Part shown: piece by piece, positions 62,454 through 64,000 of the stretch
Position numbering within the stretch: the stretch's first letter is position 1
How the letters are laid out: every line of letters begins with the position of its first letter
DNA from: an uncultured Actinomycetes bacterium
GTDB taxonomy: Bacteria; Actinomycetota; Thermoleophilia; Gaiellales; Gaiellaceae
DNA: 64,000 nt
NCBI GenBank assembly: GCA_963766155.1
Contig: CAVYAJ010000040.1
Location: forward strand, 12,463-76,462
Direction: 5' to 3'
Program-made: the position numbers and the translations under genes
Notes under the pieces: model-generated
Seen by the model: only the letters and a program-made list of their open reading frames with translations
Databases searched by the model: none
What the model was told of the DNA's origin: nothing

Positions 62454-62745
62454 GTGCCCGTCTACATCTCGCTCATGCACTGGACATCGCAGGGCATTGG
62501 CGGCCTGCCCGCCTGGCGCGACCGGGTGGAGGAGAGCGACAGCGTCATCAAGGAGCGCGGCGGGAAGCTGATCGATGTGTACGTCACGCTCGGCCGCTAC
62601 GACGTCGTCGAGATCTTCGAGGCGCCGAACGACGAGACGGCGTACGGCATCGTCCTCGAGCTGGCGCGGCACGGAACGTGCGCACCGAGACTCTCCCGCG
62701 CCTTCACGCGCGAAGAGGCCGAGGCGATCGTCAGAGGGAGTTCGG
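62454..62745 (+). CDS. GYD domain protein; frame breaks near 62675 and 62695; no stop codon found at the expected end
   Basis: VPVYISLMHWTSQGIGGLPAWRDRVEESDSVIKERGGKLIDVYVTLGRYDVVEIFEAPNDETAYGIVLELARHG, then NVRTETL (shifted frame), then RAFTREEAEAIV. As given the frame stays open to the window end, which is probably why it is absent from the ORF track. Confidence 0.6.
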
Positions 62746-63338
62746 CCCCTCTGCGCCGCAGGCGACTTCTTCGAGGCGCCGGCGGAGGCCCTCGTCGTCC
62801 TCGGCGAGGTCGTCGAGGCGCGGAAGCTCGGAGAGCCCGGCGAGACCGAAGACGCGCTCGAAGAGCGGCGTCGTCTCGTAGCGGATCGCGCCGCCCTCCT
62901 TGTCGCGGCCCGCTTCGGCGATCAGCCCGCGTTCCACGAGGCCGGCAACGGCCGAGTCGGCCGCCACCCCCCGAATGCGGGCGATCTCCGGCCGCGAGAC
63001 CGGGCCGAGGTAGGCGACGATCGCGAGCGTCTCGAGCGCGGGCTGCGAGAGCCCACGTTGCACGGGCCGCTCGACGAGTCGGGCGCACGCTTCGGCGGCC
63101 TCCCTCGCCGCCCGGAACGCGTAACCGCCGGCGACCTGCTCGAGCACGATCCCGCTCCGGCCCTCGCGGTAGCGTGAGAGAGAAGACCGAGAGCCGTCTC
63201 GACGCGTTCCGCCCCGTCCTCGGTGGCAGCGGCGAGCTCCTCGACAGAGAGCGCCGCAGGCGCAATCACGAGCAGCGCCTCGATGGTGCGCGCGAGGCGG
63301 TCGACCGGGTTTTCGATCAGTCTCAGAGTTCCGTTCAT
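62731..63338 (-). CDS. scpB: Segregation and condensation protein B; frame break near 63180
   Basis: Contains IEALLVIAPAALSVEELA, LEQVAGGYAF, LSQPALETLAIVAYLGPVSRPEIARIRGV and LIAEAGR. Confidence 0.85.
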
Positions 63339-63422
63339 GACGGAGCCTCGTCGTGGACGCGGGCTCGGGGGTGCGATGAGCGTGCGTCCGCGGCACAGAG
63401 TTTCGTCATGAGCGGGACTCTT

Positions 63423-64000
63423 TTAAGCTGCGTTGTTCCATACGGTGATCTCCTCGAAGGGGGCAGCTTGCCCGATGGCGATCTCGCCTGCCTTGCGAAG
63501 CTCGAGCAGGGCGAGGAAGGCGACGGCCTGCTCGACTCGCGTGAGCGCATCGACCTCCTTGTCGAAGACGAAGCGGCCGCGGCGGCGGAGCACCGCGCGA
63601 AAGCGCTCGAGAAAGAGCGAGACCGGCGGGAAGGTCAGCGTGATGTGGCGAAGCGACGGCGCGGGCGGTTCGGCCGCGAGCGCGCGCAGGGCGGCCGCCA
63701 GCGATTCCGGCTCTCTGAGGGGCGAGCGGCCGCTCGGGCACGGGCGCGAGCGGCGCCGGGCCGAGGCGGAAGAAGCGGTCGGACTCGGCGTCGAGCTTGT
63801 CCTCGAGCCAGCCCGCGGCGGTGCGGAAGCGCCGGTACTGGGCAAGGAGCTCGGCGAGCTCGCCCGCGGCGTCGTCGGGGTCGAGGTCCTCGAACGGCAC
63901 CTCTTCCTCCTCCGGGAAGAGCCCGCGCGCTTTCAGCTCCAGAAGAGAGGCGACCAGGACGAGGAACTCGCCGTCGACCTCGAGATCCTCCCCGCGCTCC
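63423..64000 (-). CDS. scpA: Segregation and condensation protein A (5' end beyond the window); frame break near 63715
   Basis: Contains LVLVASLLELKARGLFPEEE, LAELLAQYRRFRTAAGWL and a C-terminal TRVEQAVAFLALLELRKAGEIAIGQ, ending at TAA 63423-63425. Confidence 0.85.

Overview
High-GC (about 70% by eye, not computed) actinobacterial-type chromosomal segment. I recognise about 76 protein-coding loci and see no rRNA, tRNA, CRISPR array or mobile element. Positions 1-14.8 kb (mostly + strand) form an accessory metabolic block. It holds a divergent HAL/PAL-family lyase without the MIO triad, a BHMT-type homocysteine methyltransferase, a nucleoside hydrolase and a Gsi/Dpp-like ABC importer with a tandem ATPase. 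It also holds two divergent class-III-like Zn alcohol dehydrogenases, one heading a translationally coupled operon: ADH, Fae-family protein, enolase-superfamily enzyme, amidohydrolase, PLP dehydratase-like enzyme. Positions 14.7-64 kb are a nearly unbroken minus-strand run of conserved housekeeping genes: dprA, comM, yraN, rnhB, rplS, lepB, trmD, rimM, KH protein, rpsP, ffh, ftsY, smc, rnc, acpP, plsX, rpmF, yceD, coaD, rsmD, recG, fakB/REC/fakA, rpmB, ribH-ribBA-ribE-ribD, rpe, rsmB, fmt, def, priA, metK, gpsA, der, plsC, cmk, aroA, tyrA, class II DAHP synthase, trpS, rluB, scpB, scpA. The dominant technical property is roughly 60 reading-frame breaks (about one per kb), many inside essential single-copy genes. 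Many long ORFs in the supplied track are therefore fragments or chimeras. I reconstructed genes by following recognisable homology across frames, so frame-break positions and some gene ends are approximate. The biology most worth a second look: (1) the Fae-family gene embedded in a non-methylotroph-looking five-gene operon next to paired ADHs; (2) the MIO-less lyase coupled to a BHMT-type methyltransferase and an importer, a possible amino-acid-betaine pathway; (3) a REC-only response regulator and a cNMP-binding-only protein wedged into the fakA/fakB fatty-acid-kinase operon; (4) an SMC gene only about 2.2 kb long with no recognisable hinge. No defence-like or clearly novel multi-gene system is evident beyond these.
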